Assembly: GCA_963735375.1 (NCBI GenBank)
Contig: CAVTKS010000006.1
Span: 1,343,099-1,407,098 of the forward strand
DNA length: 64,000 nucleotides
Reading direction: 5' to 3'
DNA from: an uncultured Acidimicrobiales bacterium
GTDB lineage: Bacteria > Actinomycetota > Acidimicrobiia > Acidimicrobiales > VFJN01
Shown here in pieces: positions 1 through 7,601 of the stretch. Below the pieces are notes generated by a model. The model had not been told where the DNA came from. It was given only the letters and a program-made list of their open reading frames with translations, and did no database searches. How positions within the stretch are numbered: position 1 is the stretch's first letter; every line of letters starts with the position of its first letter. The translations under genes and the position numbers were made by a program.

Positions 1-194
1 CCTGTGGCATCGAGATAGGCCTCCACTGACCCGTACACCTCGCCCGATGCCGCGTGAGCGCCTTTCCCCTCGGCGTAGCCCGTCGCCCACTCAGCTGCGC
101 TCTTCCGGGACGAGCGGCGGGTGAACGCTCTGGCGGTAAGGCCGGCGGTGTCGGGAGCCGCCACCGGAACTGCCAACCTGGTCGTGGGGGTCAT
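1..194 (-). CDS. hypothetical protein, N-terminal part only (gene runs off the left edge)
   Basis: Absent from the ORF track because no stop lies in the window. ATG at 194 is preceded by a GAGGA Shine-Dalgarno-like motif. Reverse translation reads MTPTTRLAVPVAAPDTAGLTARAFTRRSSRKSAAEWATGYAEGKG... with GC-rich third positions. No family recognised. Confidence 0.35.
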   Translation of the reverse strand, partial: MTPTTRLAVPVAAPDTAGLTARAFTRRSSRKSAAEWATGYAEGKGAHAASGEVYGSVEAYLDAT

Positions 195-312
195 GATCTT
201 CCGTCCTCTCTGCCGGCTCCGCACCCGCCATTGCGTGCCTACACCGGACGTTCCACTACGGATCGTGCGTGTCCTGAGTCCCTCCACTGGAATCACTTGT
301 CCTTACGACTCT

Positions 313-363
313 GTCAGTTGTCAGGAGATATAGTCAATTGACTTTCTCGTGGCGGTAGTTGAC
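313..363. promoter_or_regulatory. operator-like motif cluster in an AT-richer divergent promoter region
   Basis: Three related sites: GTCAGTTGTCAG (313-324), the perfect 10-bp palindrome GTCAATTGAC (333-342), and GTAGTTGAC (355-363). They lie between the minus gene starting at 194 and the plus kinase gene. Confidence 0.35.
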
Positions 364-606
364 CCGGATTCGTCACAGTCGCGGGGGGTTTGCTGGACAG
401 GCGTCAAGAATCCGGGCAGCTGCAGGCAGTGACCATGGCGGTTGCCTGAGGGATGTGGGGAAGCGGGGCCAACAGACAATCTCCGCCATCCGTCCCACCG
501 GCGACAGCCGGGGCGTATAGTCCGCGCCGGCCGTCACTTGGCGTGCCGATGCGGCGGAACGAAGGCCGCATCTCGCCATCCGCCACATCCACGAGATGGA
601 GGACGG

Positions 607-2109
607 TTGTCCCGTCGTCACCCCGATCCCGCCGTCGAAAGCATCCGTGCCGCGCTGAAGAGCCTGCGGAGCCGCAACGGGCTCACGGTGGAACGACTTC
701 GGGTCACGGAGCTCGGCCTCGACTCCCTGCTCGACCTGGATTTGGTCCGTGAGCTCGAACGGACGCGCCAGATGTCGCCACCGGAGGCAATCGTGGCCGC
801 TGTCCGGGGCGCGGCCGCGCAACTGGACGTGGCCGACATGCTCATCGTCGACGCGGCACTGGCGCTGGGCCTGGTAGCGGAGTCGCACCCCGACCGGGTG
901 AACGAGAGCGAGATGTACGCAGCCGAGCTGGGCGAGCGGCGCCGATTCCTGGTGTCGTACTGGGGTCTGCTCCACGACATCGTCGGTGCCAGCACGACGG
1001 CACCAGCGCCCACAATTCGCTCGCTGCGAGCGGGCGGCGAGACCCAGGCGTTCGAGCTCTTGGCCGAGCGCATCCTGATGTCGTCGCCCCTCGACGCCAC
1101 CCCCGAGAGGGAAACGGCGCTGGCGGCCGTGGAATCGGGGGCAGCAAGGGGCCGCGCGTCGCGTGTGCTCGTGGTCGGTGCCGCCGTCACGGACCACGTT
1201 TTTGTCGTCGAGCACCTCCCCGAACCCGGGACCTCGATCCAGGCGACCTCGTACGACGCCCGCCCGGGCGGGAAGGCCCTCAACCAGGCCGTCGCGGCCG
1301 CGCGCCTCGGGATGGAGGTCCACCTTCTCGCCGCGCTGGGCGACGACGCCGCGGGCACGAAGCTCCTCGAGTATCTCGACGCCGAGGGCGTGCACCTGGA
1401 CCTGGTGCGGGTCGTGCCGGGGAAGACACCCACCGTCGCGGTTCACATCACGCCGGACGGTCAATCGGCAATGATTGGTTGGGGGAGCGAGGCACAGCTC
1501 ACCAGGAACGATCTCTCGAGCCGGGCCGTCGAGAACGCGCTCGCACAGTCCGACACGGCGCTCATGACGTTCGAGGTGCCCAGCGACATCATTGAAGTCG
1601 CCCTCGACACGGCTGCACGATTGCCGAATGGCCCCACAGTCGTCCTGACCGCGTCACCGCCCTACGACGGCACGAGGTTCACGCATGGCAGCCTGCGCCA
1701 TGTCGACTACCTCATCGGCACCCAGTGGGAGCTGAGCTCCCTCGTGCCCGGATCCGGCGCCGACACCCCTGCCGACGTGTTGTCAACGCAGCTCCTCATG
1801 CTGGGAGCCGGAACGGTGTGCATCGCCGAACACTTCGGCTGCACCATCAGATCGAACACGTTGGCGCTCGACGTCGTTCCCCAGGTCCCGGCGGGTTTTG
1901 CCGAGGCGACGCGAGCACGCGACGCGTTTGCGTCGGCGCTCGCATTGCGCCTCCACGAGTCAGGCACCGAGCTGACGGCCTCGGACGCGACGTGGGTGAC
2001 AGGCGCGATGGCCGCATCCCAGGCCTTGGGTGGCGCGGCCATGCCCTCACGGGAAGACATCGATCGGATAGTCCAAGTTGGCTTCATTCCACGCAGGAGA
2101 CAGCAGTGA
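607..2109 (+). CDS. PfkB/ribokinase-family carbohydrate/nucleoside kinase with a ~190-aa N-terminal extra domain
   Basis: ORF 442-2109. The C-terminal ~330 aa carry the PfkB N-terminal signature (PGGKALNQAVAAARLG) and the overall ribokinase pattern. Codons 442-606 have AT-rich third positions, so I prefer TTG 607 after GGAGGA; the start is uncertain. Confidence 0.7.
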   Translation: MSRRHPDPAVESIRAALKSLRSRNGLTVERLRVTELGLDSLLDLDLVRELERTRQMSPPEAIVAAVRGAAAQLDVADMLIVDAALALGLVAESHPDRVNESEMYAAELGERRRFLVSYWGLLHDIVGASTTAPAPTIRSLRAGGETQAFELLAERILMSSPLDATPERETALAAVESGAARGRASRVLVVGAAVTDHVFVVEHLPEPGTSIQATSYDARPGGKALNQAVAAARLGMEVHLLAALGDDAAGTKLLEYLDAEGVHLDLVRVVPGKTPTVAVHITPDGQSAMIGWGSEAQLTRNDLSSRAVENALAQSDTALMTFEVPSDIIEVALDTAARLPNGPTVVLTASPPYDGTRFTHGSLRHVDYLIGTQWELSSLVPGSGADTPADVLSTQLLMLGAGTVCIAEHFGCTIRSNTLALDVVPQVPAGFAEATRARDAFASALALRLHESGTELTASDATWVTGAMAASQALGGAAMPSREDIDRIVQVGFIPRRRQQ

Positions 2110-2840
2110 CCGCTAGCAGGTTCATCGAGGAACATGCGCTCATGATTGACCAAGGCGACGTTCGAGTCGTCGTTCAACAGCCCAGGTACGTCAAGGGTCA
2201 ACGATTCCCGGCGTGCGCCTTCGTTTTCGGCGATGTGAGCGACGGATGCCTGGTCCGCGTGCACTCACGGTGCCTGTATGGCGATGTCTTCGGATCTCGG
2301 GATTGTGACTGTGGCGCTCAGCTCCAGTCGGCCATGGACATGATGAAGGAACAGGGCTCGGGTGTACTCGTCTACCTCGACCAGGAGGGTCGTGGCTCGG
2401 GGTTGTTCGCCAAGGCACGTGCCTACCGCATGCGCGAAGAGTCGGGCATGGATTCCTTTCGTAGTTACGAGCACTACGGGTTGCCGCCTGACTCCCGGTC
2501 TTACGATGCTGCCGCCGATCTCTTGAAGAGCCTCCGACTCGAGAGTGTCACGTTATTGACCAACAATTGGGAGAAGGTCGCCGGACTGCAGCACAACGGC
2601 ATCAAGGTCGACCATCGGTCCCTCGTCGTGCCCGTGAGCCGCCGCGCGGTGGCCTACATGGAGTCGAAGCGGGCGCGCGGGCACGCGATCGACAAGATCG
2701 AGGAGCTCGACCCCTCGGCCGAGGAGCCTGACCGTCGCGCAGCCAGCGCCCGGAGCTCTCGCTCCGCGAGGGCGCGGCGGCGACGGGAGAGGGTACGAGC
2801 TATCGCCGGCATCCGTCGCTGGCGGGACGACGCCAGCTAG
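2106..2840 (+). CDS. ribA: GTP cyclohydrolase II (RibA)-like protein with a basic C-terminal tail
   Basis: VRVHSRCLYGDVFGSRDCDCGAQL matches the RibA zinc/Cys motif. QEGRGSGLFAKARAY and LLTNNWEKV match the conserved RibA core. GTG start overlaps the upstream stop (GTGA). Confidence 0.8.
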   Translation: MTASRFIEEHALMIDQGDVRVVVQQPRYVKGQRFPACAFVFGDVSDGCLVRVHSRCLYGDVFGSRDCDCGAQLQSAMDMMKEQGSGVLVYLDQEGRGSGLFAKARAYRMREESGMDSFRSYEHYGLPPDSRSYDAAADLLKSLRLESVTLLTNNWEKVAGLQHNGIKVDHRSLVVPVSRRAVAYMESKRARGHAIDKIEELDPSAEEPDRRAASARSSRSARARRRRERVRAIAGIRRWRDDAS

Positions 2841-2847
2841 CCGGGGC

Positions 2848-4149
2848 CTAGGCTCGCTCGCTCACGAGCGGCAGGGTGAGCACCACCCGAGCACCCCCGA
2901 GATCGGAGCGCTCGACCTGCAGGTGGCCGCCGGCCGCCTCCGCGGCCTGGCGCGCGATGTCGAGGCCCAGGCCCGTCGACCCGGCCCGGGTCGCGCCCCG
3001 GCTGACCGCCGCTTCGGGGTGGTCGATGCCGGGCCCGGCGTCGTCGACCACCAGCCGAGCCGTGCCGTCCTCGGCGTGGACGGCGACGGCGTACGCGCTG
3101 CCCTCAGGAGTGTGGGCGAAGATGTTGCCGACCAGGGCGTCGATCACCGCTGCGGCCTCGGCGGACGAGAGGCGCACCGGGCAGGAGTCGCCAGCACCCG
3201 GCCCGTCCACCTCGACCGTCCACCGGCGGCCGTCGTCCTCGGCCAGCGCACTCCAGAACTCGACCCGCTCTCGGGCGACCGCCGCCAGGTCACTGGTGGC
3301 CGCCACGAGGCCGGCGTGGAGCGGCCGTCGGGCGCTGCGGATCAGCTCGGAGATGGCGCCTTCGAGGCGCTCGACATCGGCCACGAGACCCGGGTCGGCG
3401 GCTGCCTCGGCGTCGAGCCGCAGGGCCGTGAGCGGCGTGCGCAGGCGGTGGGACAGGTCGGCGACCCGCTCGCGCTCGGCGGCCCGCAGCTCATCGATGC
3501 GGTCGGCCAGCAGGTTCAGGGCCCGGGCGGCGTCGGCCAGTTCGGGCGTCGGGCCCGGGTCGGCGCGAGCGTCGCCGTGCCCGGAGGCCAGAGCCCGGGC
3601 GGTGCCGGACAGCTCGGTCGCGTCGCGGGTGACCGAGCGGGCGAGCCGGTCGGCAATCACCACCGCTGCCGCCACCAGGACGACCGCGACCCCGGCCAGG
3701 GCCAACCAGGCTGTCTGCACCCCTTCGTCGAGCATCCGGTCGGGGACCCTGGCCCGTACGACCGAGGTGCTGTCGTCTCCGATGACCACCGGCGTGTAGA
3801 GCTCGAGGAACCCGTCGCGCTCTTGGCTGAAGGCTCGTCCCTGATCGCGGGCGAGCGCCAGCGCGGCCTCGTCGGTGGGAGCGGTGTCGCCGACGGCCGA
3901 CCCGTCGGGGAGCCACACGGTGATGCGGCCGTTCGCGCCGGTGCCGGTGTTGTCGATCGCGGTCGTCACCATCTCTGAGGTGACAGTCGGCAGGGCGAGG
4001 GTGGGGGCCAGTGACGCCACGTCTCGCTCGGCGGTGGCGATGGCGCGGTCGCGGGCCACGGAGCGCACGAGCGCCCCGAGCGGGACGGCGAAGGCGACCA
4101 CGACCAGGGTCGTGGTGGCCAGCACCACGAGGACGATGCGGCGGCGCAC
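2848..4149 (-). CDS. sensor histidine kinase (2 TM, HAMP, HisKA, HATPase_c)
   Basis: 433-aa ORF. H-box LSHRLRTPLTAL and a C-terminal G-box (GSTGLGLDIARQ). Stop lies 6 nt from the cognate response regulator. Confidence 0.9.
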   Translation of the reverse strand: MRRRIVLVVLATTTLVVVAFAVPLGALVRSVARDRAIATAERDVASLAPTLALPTVTSEMVTTAIDNTGTGANGRITVWLPDGSAVGDTAPTDEAALALARDQGRAFSQERDGFLELYTPVVIGDDSTSVVRARVPDRMLDEGVQTAWLALAGVAVVLVAAAVVIADRLARSVTRDATELSGTARALASGHGDARADPGPTPELADAARALNLLADRIDELRAAERERVADLSHRLRTPLTALRLDAEAAADPGLVADVERLEGAISELIRSARRPLHAGLVAATSDLAAVARERVEFWSALAEDDGRRWTVEVDGPGAGDSCPVRLSSAEAAAVIDALVGNIFAHTPEGSAYAVAVHAEDGTARLVVDDAGPGIDHPEAAVSRGATRAGSTGLGLDIARQAAEAAGGHLQVERSDLGGARVVLTLPLVSERA

Positions 4150-4155
4150 GACGGA

Positions 4156-4851
4156 TCAACCGTCGCCGTCGGGCGCCGTGAGCTTGACGCCCACGCCGCG
4201 CACGGTGTGCAGGTAGGCGGGCGCGGTCCCGGTCTCACCCAACTTGCGCCGCAGCCATGACAGGTGGACGTCGACCGTCTTGTCGGCGCCCCCGTACGGC
4301 TGCCGCCACACCTCGGCCAACAGCTCGCGCCGGCTCACGACGTCGGGGCTGCGGCGGACGAGGTGGGCCAGCAGGTCGAACTCGAGCCGACTGAGGTCGA
4401 GCCGTCGCCCGCCCATCGTCGCCTCCCGCCGTCCCGGGGCGACCACCAGCCCGCCGACGACCAGCTCGTCGCCAGCCCCCGCCCCCACCTGATCGGCCCG
4501 TCGGAGCACCGCACGGATGCGCGCCTCGAGCTGGGCGGCGGCGTAAGGCTTGACGATGTAGTCGTCCGCGCCCCCGTCGAGGAGGCGCACGATCTCGGCC
4601 TCGTCGTCGCGGGCCGTGGCCACGATGACCGGCACGGCGGACACACCGCGGAGCATCCGCAGCACGTCGGCGCCGTCGATGTCGGGAAGGCCCAGGTCGA
4701 GCACGACGACATCGGGCTGCCAGTCGAGCGCTGCGGTCAGCGCCGCCGCGCCCGAGGCCTCGGTGCGCACCATGTGACCGGCCCCCACGAGCGCATGCGC
4801 GACCGACTCGCGGATGCGCATGTCGTCCTCGATCACAAGTACGGAGGCCAC
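4156..4851 (-). CDS. OmpR/PhoB-family response regulator
   Basis: 231-aa ORF. Receiver domain (VLVIEDD...DVVVLDLGLPDIDG) plus a winged-helix C-terminus (LEFDLLAHLV...VHLSWLRRKL...TVRGVGVKL). Confidence 0.92.
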   Translation of the reverse strand: MASVLVIEDDMRIRESVAHALVGAGHMVRTEASGAAALTAALDWQPDVVVLDLGLPDIDGADVLRMLRGVSAVPVIVATARDDEAEIVRLLDGGADDYIVKPYAAAQLEARIRAVLRRADQVGAGAGDELVVGGLVVAPGRREATMGGRRLDLSRLEFDLLAHLVRRSPDVVSRRELLAEVWRQPYGGADKTVDVHLSWLRRKLGETGTAPAYLHTVRGVGVKLTAPDGDG

Positions 4852-4913
4852 GCCACAACGGTAGGTCCCCGCCCGACGCCGGACGGGACTCCGGAGCGCG
4901 GGTTATCCGAGGC

Positions 4914-4946
4914 TTAGCGTCGGCTTTGTGTCGAGCTAGGCGGCGG
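4914..4946 (+). promoter_or_regulatory. three 11-bp-phased direct repeats (TTAGCGTCGGC / TTTGTGTCGAG / CTAGGCGGCGG), candidate response-regulator binding site
   Basis: Sits 17-49 nt upstream of the 4963 start, in the divergent region facing the response-regulator gene. The same TTAGnCGnC-type phased repeat recurs at 5515-5558. Confidence 0.4.
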
Positions 4947-4962
4947 ACGCGATCATGGCGCC

Positions 4963-5508
4963 ATGCGGCGGCTCCTCACCCTCGGCGTCGCCTGGCTCGT
5001 CGCGGCGGTCGTCGCTACGACGGTCGCCTGGCAGGGCGTCGGCCTGGTGGGCGACCAGGTCACCGACGACCGACCCCCGACGCTCTCGGCGGACGACGTC
5101 GAGGAGGCCGTGGCCGGGTCCGGCGACGGCGGCACGACTCCGCCGACCACCCGCTCGGAGCCGTCCTCCACGGTCCCTCCGACGACGTCGTCCACCGCCC
5201 CGTCGACCGCGATCACCACGGTCCCGGACCCGGCGCCCGTCACGCGGTCGTATGACCTGACCGGAGGGTCTGCCGCACTGCGGTTCAGCCCGAGCGGCGT
5301 CCGCGTCGTCTTCGCCCGGCCCAAGCCGGGCTACCGGGTGCGCTCCGAGCCCAGCGACGACGGCGGTTGGCGCATCGATTTCGACGGCGACGCCGGCCGC
5401 AGCCGCGTCGAGGGCTGGTGGGACGGCGGCCCGCAGGAGCGTGTCGACGACGACGGCGAGTCCGGCAGCGGGAGCGGCGACGACGGCGGGGGCAGCGGGA
5501 GCGACTGA
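4963..5508 (+). CDS. secreted/membrane-anchored protein of unknown function, with an S/T/P-rich linker and a G/S/D-rich tail
   Basis: 181-aa ORF with an N-terminal hydrophobic signal/anchor (MRRLLTLGVAWLVAAVVATTVAW). The C-terminal beta-rich module resembles that of the next gene. Confidence 0.7.
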   Translation: MRRLLTLGVAWLVAAVVATTVAWQGVGLVGDQVTDDRPPTLSADDVEEAVAGSGDGGTTPPTTRSEPSSTVPPTTSSTAPSTAITTVPDPAPVTRSYDLTGGSAALRFSPSGVRVVFARPKPGYRVRSEPSDDGGWRIDFDGDAGRSRVEGWWDGGPQERVDDDGESGSGSGDDGGGSGSD

Positions 5509-5514
5509 GGTCAT

Positions 5515-5558
5515 TTAGCCGACGCTTAGGCGTCCGGCGATGCCCGTTTAGACGTAGC
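5515..5558 (+). promoter_or_regulatory. 11-bp-phased direct repeats TTAGCCGACGC / TTAGGCGTCCG / (11 nt) / TTAGACGTAGC
   Basis: Upstream of the 5607 start. Spacing between TTAG cores is 11 and 22 nt. The motif is related to 4914-4946. Confidence 0.4.
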
Positions 5559-5606
5559 TCCCCGAAGGTGGGACCCACACGGAAACGTCTGAAAGGACTC
5601 CCCACC

Positions 5607-6341
5607 ATGAATCTCCCTCGCATCCCCACCCGCTTCGGCATCGCCGCCGGACTCGTCGGTGGCACCGTGGGCCTGGCGCTCGTGACCGGGCTCGGGCCGG
5701 CACCGGCACTGTCGAACATCGCGTCGAGCCAGCAGCAGGACGACGACTCGACGACCAGCAGCACGAGCACCACGTCGACGACCGTCGGCACCGCGACGCC
5801 GGGCGCGTCGACCACCCGTTCGGTCGACGCCGGCGGTGCGGGCACCGTCACCGTGTCCGCCGCGGGCGGTCAGCTCAGCCTGGTCAGCGCCACCCCCACC
5901 CCCGGGTGGGCCGTCGAGGTCGAACAGTCGGCCGGCAGGGAGGTCGAGGTCGACTTCCGCCGCGGCACCCAGCGGGTCCAGGTCAACGTCGAATTCGAGG
6001 ACGGCGCGATCCGTGAGCGGGTGCGCTTCCGTGACGACGCCACCGGGACCGACATCCGCACCGAGAACGGCGTCGTGGTCCGGGCGGAGGGCCCGGGCTT
6101 CACCGACGACAGCGGCCATGACGCCACCGACGACCGCAGCGGGTCGAGCGGGTCGGACGACAGCGGCCATGACGCCACCGACGACAGCAGTGGGTCGAGC
6201 GGGTCGGACGACAGCGGCCGCGACGCCACCGACGACCGCAGCGGGTCGAGCGGGTCGGACGACAGCAGTGGCTCCGGTGGCGGTGGCGCCGACGATCCGG
6301 CGGGCGACGACCACGGAGGAAACTCCGGCAGCGACGGCTGA
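5607..6341 (+). CDS. secreted protein, paralog of 4963-5508, with a C-terminal acidic Ser/Gly tandem repeat
   Basis: ATG 5607 lies inside ORF 5367-6341 and is followed by a signal-like MNLPRIPTRFGIAAGLVGGTVGLALVTGLGPAPALS. It carries three 17-aa repeats, DDSGHDATDD(R/S)SGSSGS. Confidence 0.75.
   Translation: MNLPRIPTRFGIAAGLVGGTVGLALVTGLGPAPALSNIASSQQQDDDSTTSSTSTTSTTVGTATPGASTTRSVDAGGAGTVTVSAAGGQLSLVSATPTPGWAVEVEQSAGREVEVDFRRGTQRVQVNVEFEDGAIRERVRFRDDATGTDIRTENGVVVRAEGPGFTDDSGHDATDDRSGSSGSDDSGHDATDDSSGSSGSDDSGRDATDDRSGSSGSDDSSGSGGGGADDPAGDDHGGNSGSDG
6105..6270 (+). repeat. 51-bp tandem repeat, 3 full copies plus a partial one, in frame within CDS 5607-6341
   Basis: Unit gacgacagcggccatgacgccaccgacgaccgcagcgggtcgagcgggtcg starts at 6105, 6156 and 6207 with few substitutions. 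Confidence 0.9.
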
Positions 6342-6364
6342 CGGTCCGACCGCCCACCGCGCCA

Positions 6365-6395
6365 GGCCTGCTCGGCACCGCCCGCCGAGCAGGCC
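6365..6395 (+). terminator. perfect 12-bp stem hairpin (GGCCTGCTCGGC-accgccc-GCCGAGCAGGCC), no U-tract
   Basis: Begins 24 nt after the stop at 6341. This is the I-shaped terminator style common in high-GC actinobacteria. Confidence 0.5.
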
Positions 6396-6511
6396 CGGCC
6401 GCGTCACACGACATGACGAGCGCGGAGTTCGTCACCCTCCCTCCGGCACGCTCCGCGTCGTACGCTTCCCCCTGAGTCGCCGCATCAGCCGCGTCACAGG
6501 AGTGGTCGAGC

Positions 6512-6952
6512 ATGAGCGCCTACCTGGTCGTCGCCCACCGCACCCTCGTCGAGGACCACCTCCTCGACCACGCCCGGTCGTTGGTCGAAGCCGCCGGCGG
6601 ACCCGTGCGGTTCCACCTGGTCGTGCCCGCCACCCACCCCCGCGACCACGCGTGGTCCGACGGCCAGGTCGAAGGAGCGGCCCGTCGGCGGCTCGACGAG
6701 GGGCTCGCCGCGTTCGCGGCCGTCGGCGCCGAGGTCACCGGCGAGGTCGGCGACGCCAACCCCGTCTATGCCGTCGCCACCGCCCTGCGCACGTCCGAGG
6801 ACACCGACTGGGACGGCATCATCGTGTCGACGCTGCCGCCGGGCGTCTCGCGCTGGCTCGGTCTCGACGCCGTCAGCCGCATCACGCGCGACTTCGACCT
6901 GCCGGTGACCCACCTGGTGGCCGCGTCGGCCGCGGCAGAGGCCGAGGCCTGA
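6512..6952 (+). CDS. small alpha/beta protein, universal-stress-protein-like fold (function unknown)
   Basis: 146-aa ORF (MSAYLVVAHRTL...FHLVVPATHP...GIIVSTLPPGVSRWLG). The family assignment is tentative. Confidence 0.55.
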   Translation: MSAYLVVAHRTLVEDHLLDHARSLVEAAGGPVRFHLVVPATHPRDHAWSDGQVEGAARRRLDEGLAAFAAVGAEVTGEVGDANPVYAVATALRTSEDTDWDGIIVSTLPPGVSRWLGLDAVSRITRDFDLPVTHLVAASAAAEAEA

Positions 6953-6970
6953 CGCGCCCTGCCACCCTGG

Positions 6971-7576
6971 TCAGCCGGTGGGTGCCGGGCTGGCCACCGG
7001 GAGGATCTGATCGACCAACGCCGGGATGTCCACGACGGCGACGGGGGGCCGGTGGAACAGGCGGGCCAGGACGATCGGGGCCACGAGCGCGTCGGCCAGG
7101 ACGGTGGTGTCGGTGTGCGGGGGCAGCTCGCCGAGGCCGACCGCCTGGTCGAGGATCGAGCGCAGCGGCTCGGCACTCTCGTCGGCCATGCGGTGGGCCA
7201 GCTCGGCCATGTCGTCGCTGCGCTCCGCGGCGTCGATGAGCGCGGGCATGAGGCAGGCCAGTCGCTGCGGCTCGTCGACCGCGCACGCCAGGTCGGCGAG
7301 GACCGCCACCGCCCGGCCCCGTACCGGGCCGGGCGGCGGCATCTCGTTCTTCCCGCTGGCGTGCACCTGGGTGAAGGCGTCGGAGACGAGCTCGGCCTTG
7401 CTGCTGTAGTGGCGGTAGATCGTGCTCTTGGCCACACCCGATCGGGCCGCGACGGCCTCGATGGTCAGCTGGCCGTAGCCGACCTCACGCAGCAGCTCGG
7501 CGGTCGCTTCGAGGACGCACATGCGGGATCGTTCGATCCGGGGGTCGACCTCGTCGCGTGGTGCCACACCGATCAT
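6971..7576 (-). CDS. TetR/AcrR-family transcriptional regulator
   Basis: 201-aa ORF with an N-terminal HTH (TIEAVAARSGVAKSTIYRHYSSKAELV). Lies directly downstream of the MFS gene on the same strand. Confidence 0.9.
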   Translation of the reverse strand: MIGVAPRDEVDPRIERSRMCVLEATAELLREVGYGQLTIEAVAARSGVAKSTIYRHYSSKAELVSDAFTQVHASGKNEMPPPGPVRGRAVAVLADLACAVDEPQRLACLMPALIDAAERSDDMAELAHRMADESAEPLRSILDQAVGLGELPPHTDTTVLADALVAPIVLARLFHRPPVAVVDIPALVDQILPVASPAPTG

Positions 7577-7601
7577 TGTGCCCGTCTCCTGGCCCCCACG
7601 C

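Noticed and set aside
373-1464. Long ORFs antisense to or overlapping recognised genes. Examples: 373-1464, 9344-11014, 11339-13396, 34612-37137, 36710-39370, 45069-47180 and 55071-56753.
   Set aside because: Their products are Arg/Pro/Gly/Ala-rich low-complexity strings with no motifs. They lie opposite genes that have clear family signatures. Stop-poor frames of this kind are expected in ~70% GC DNA.
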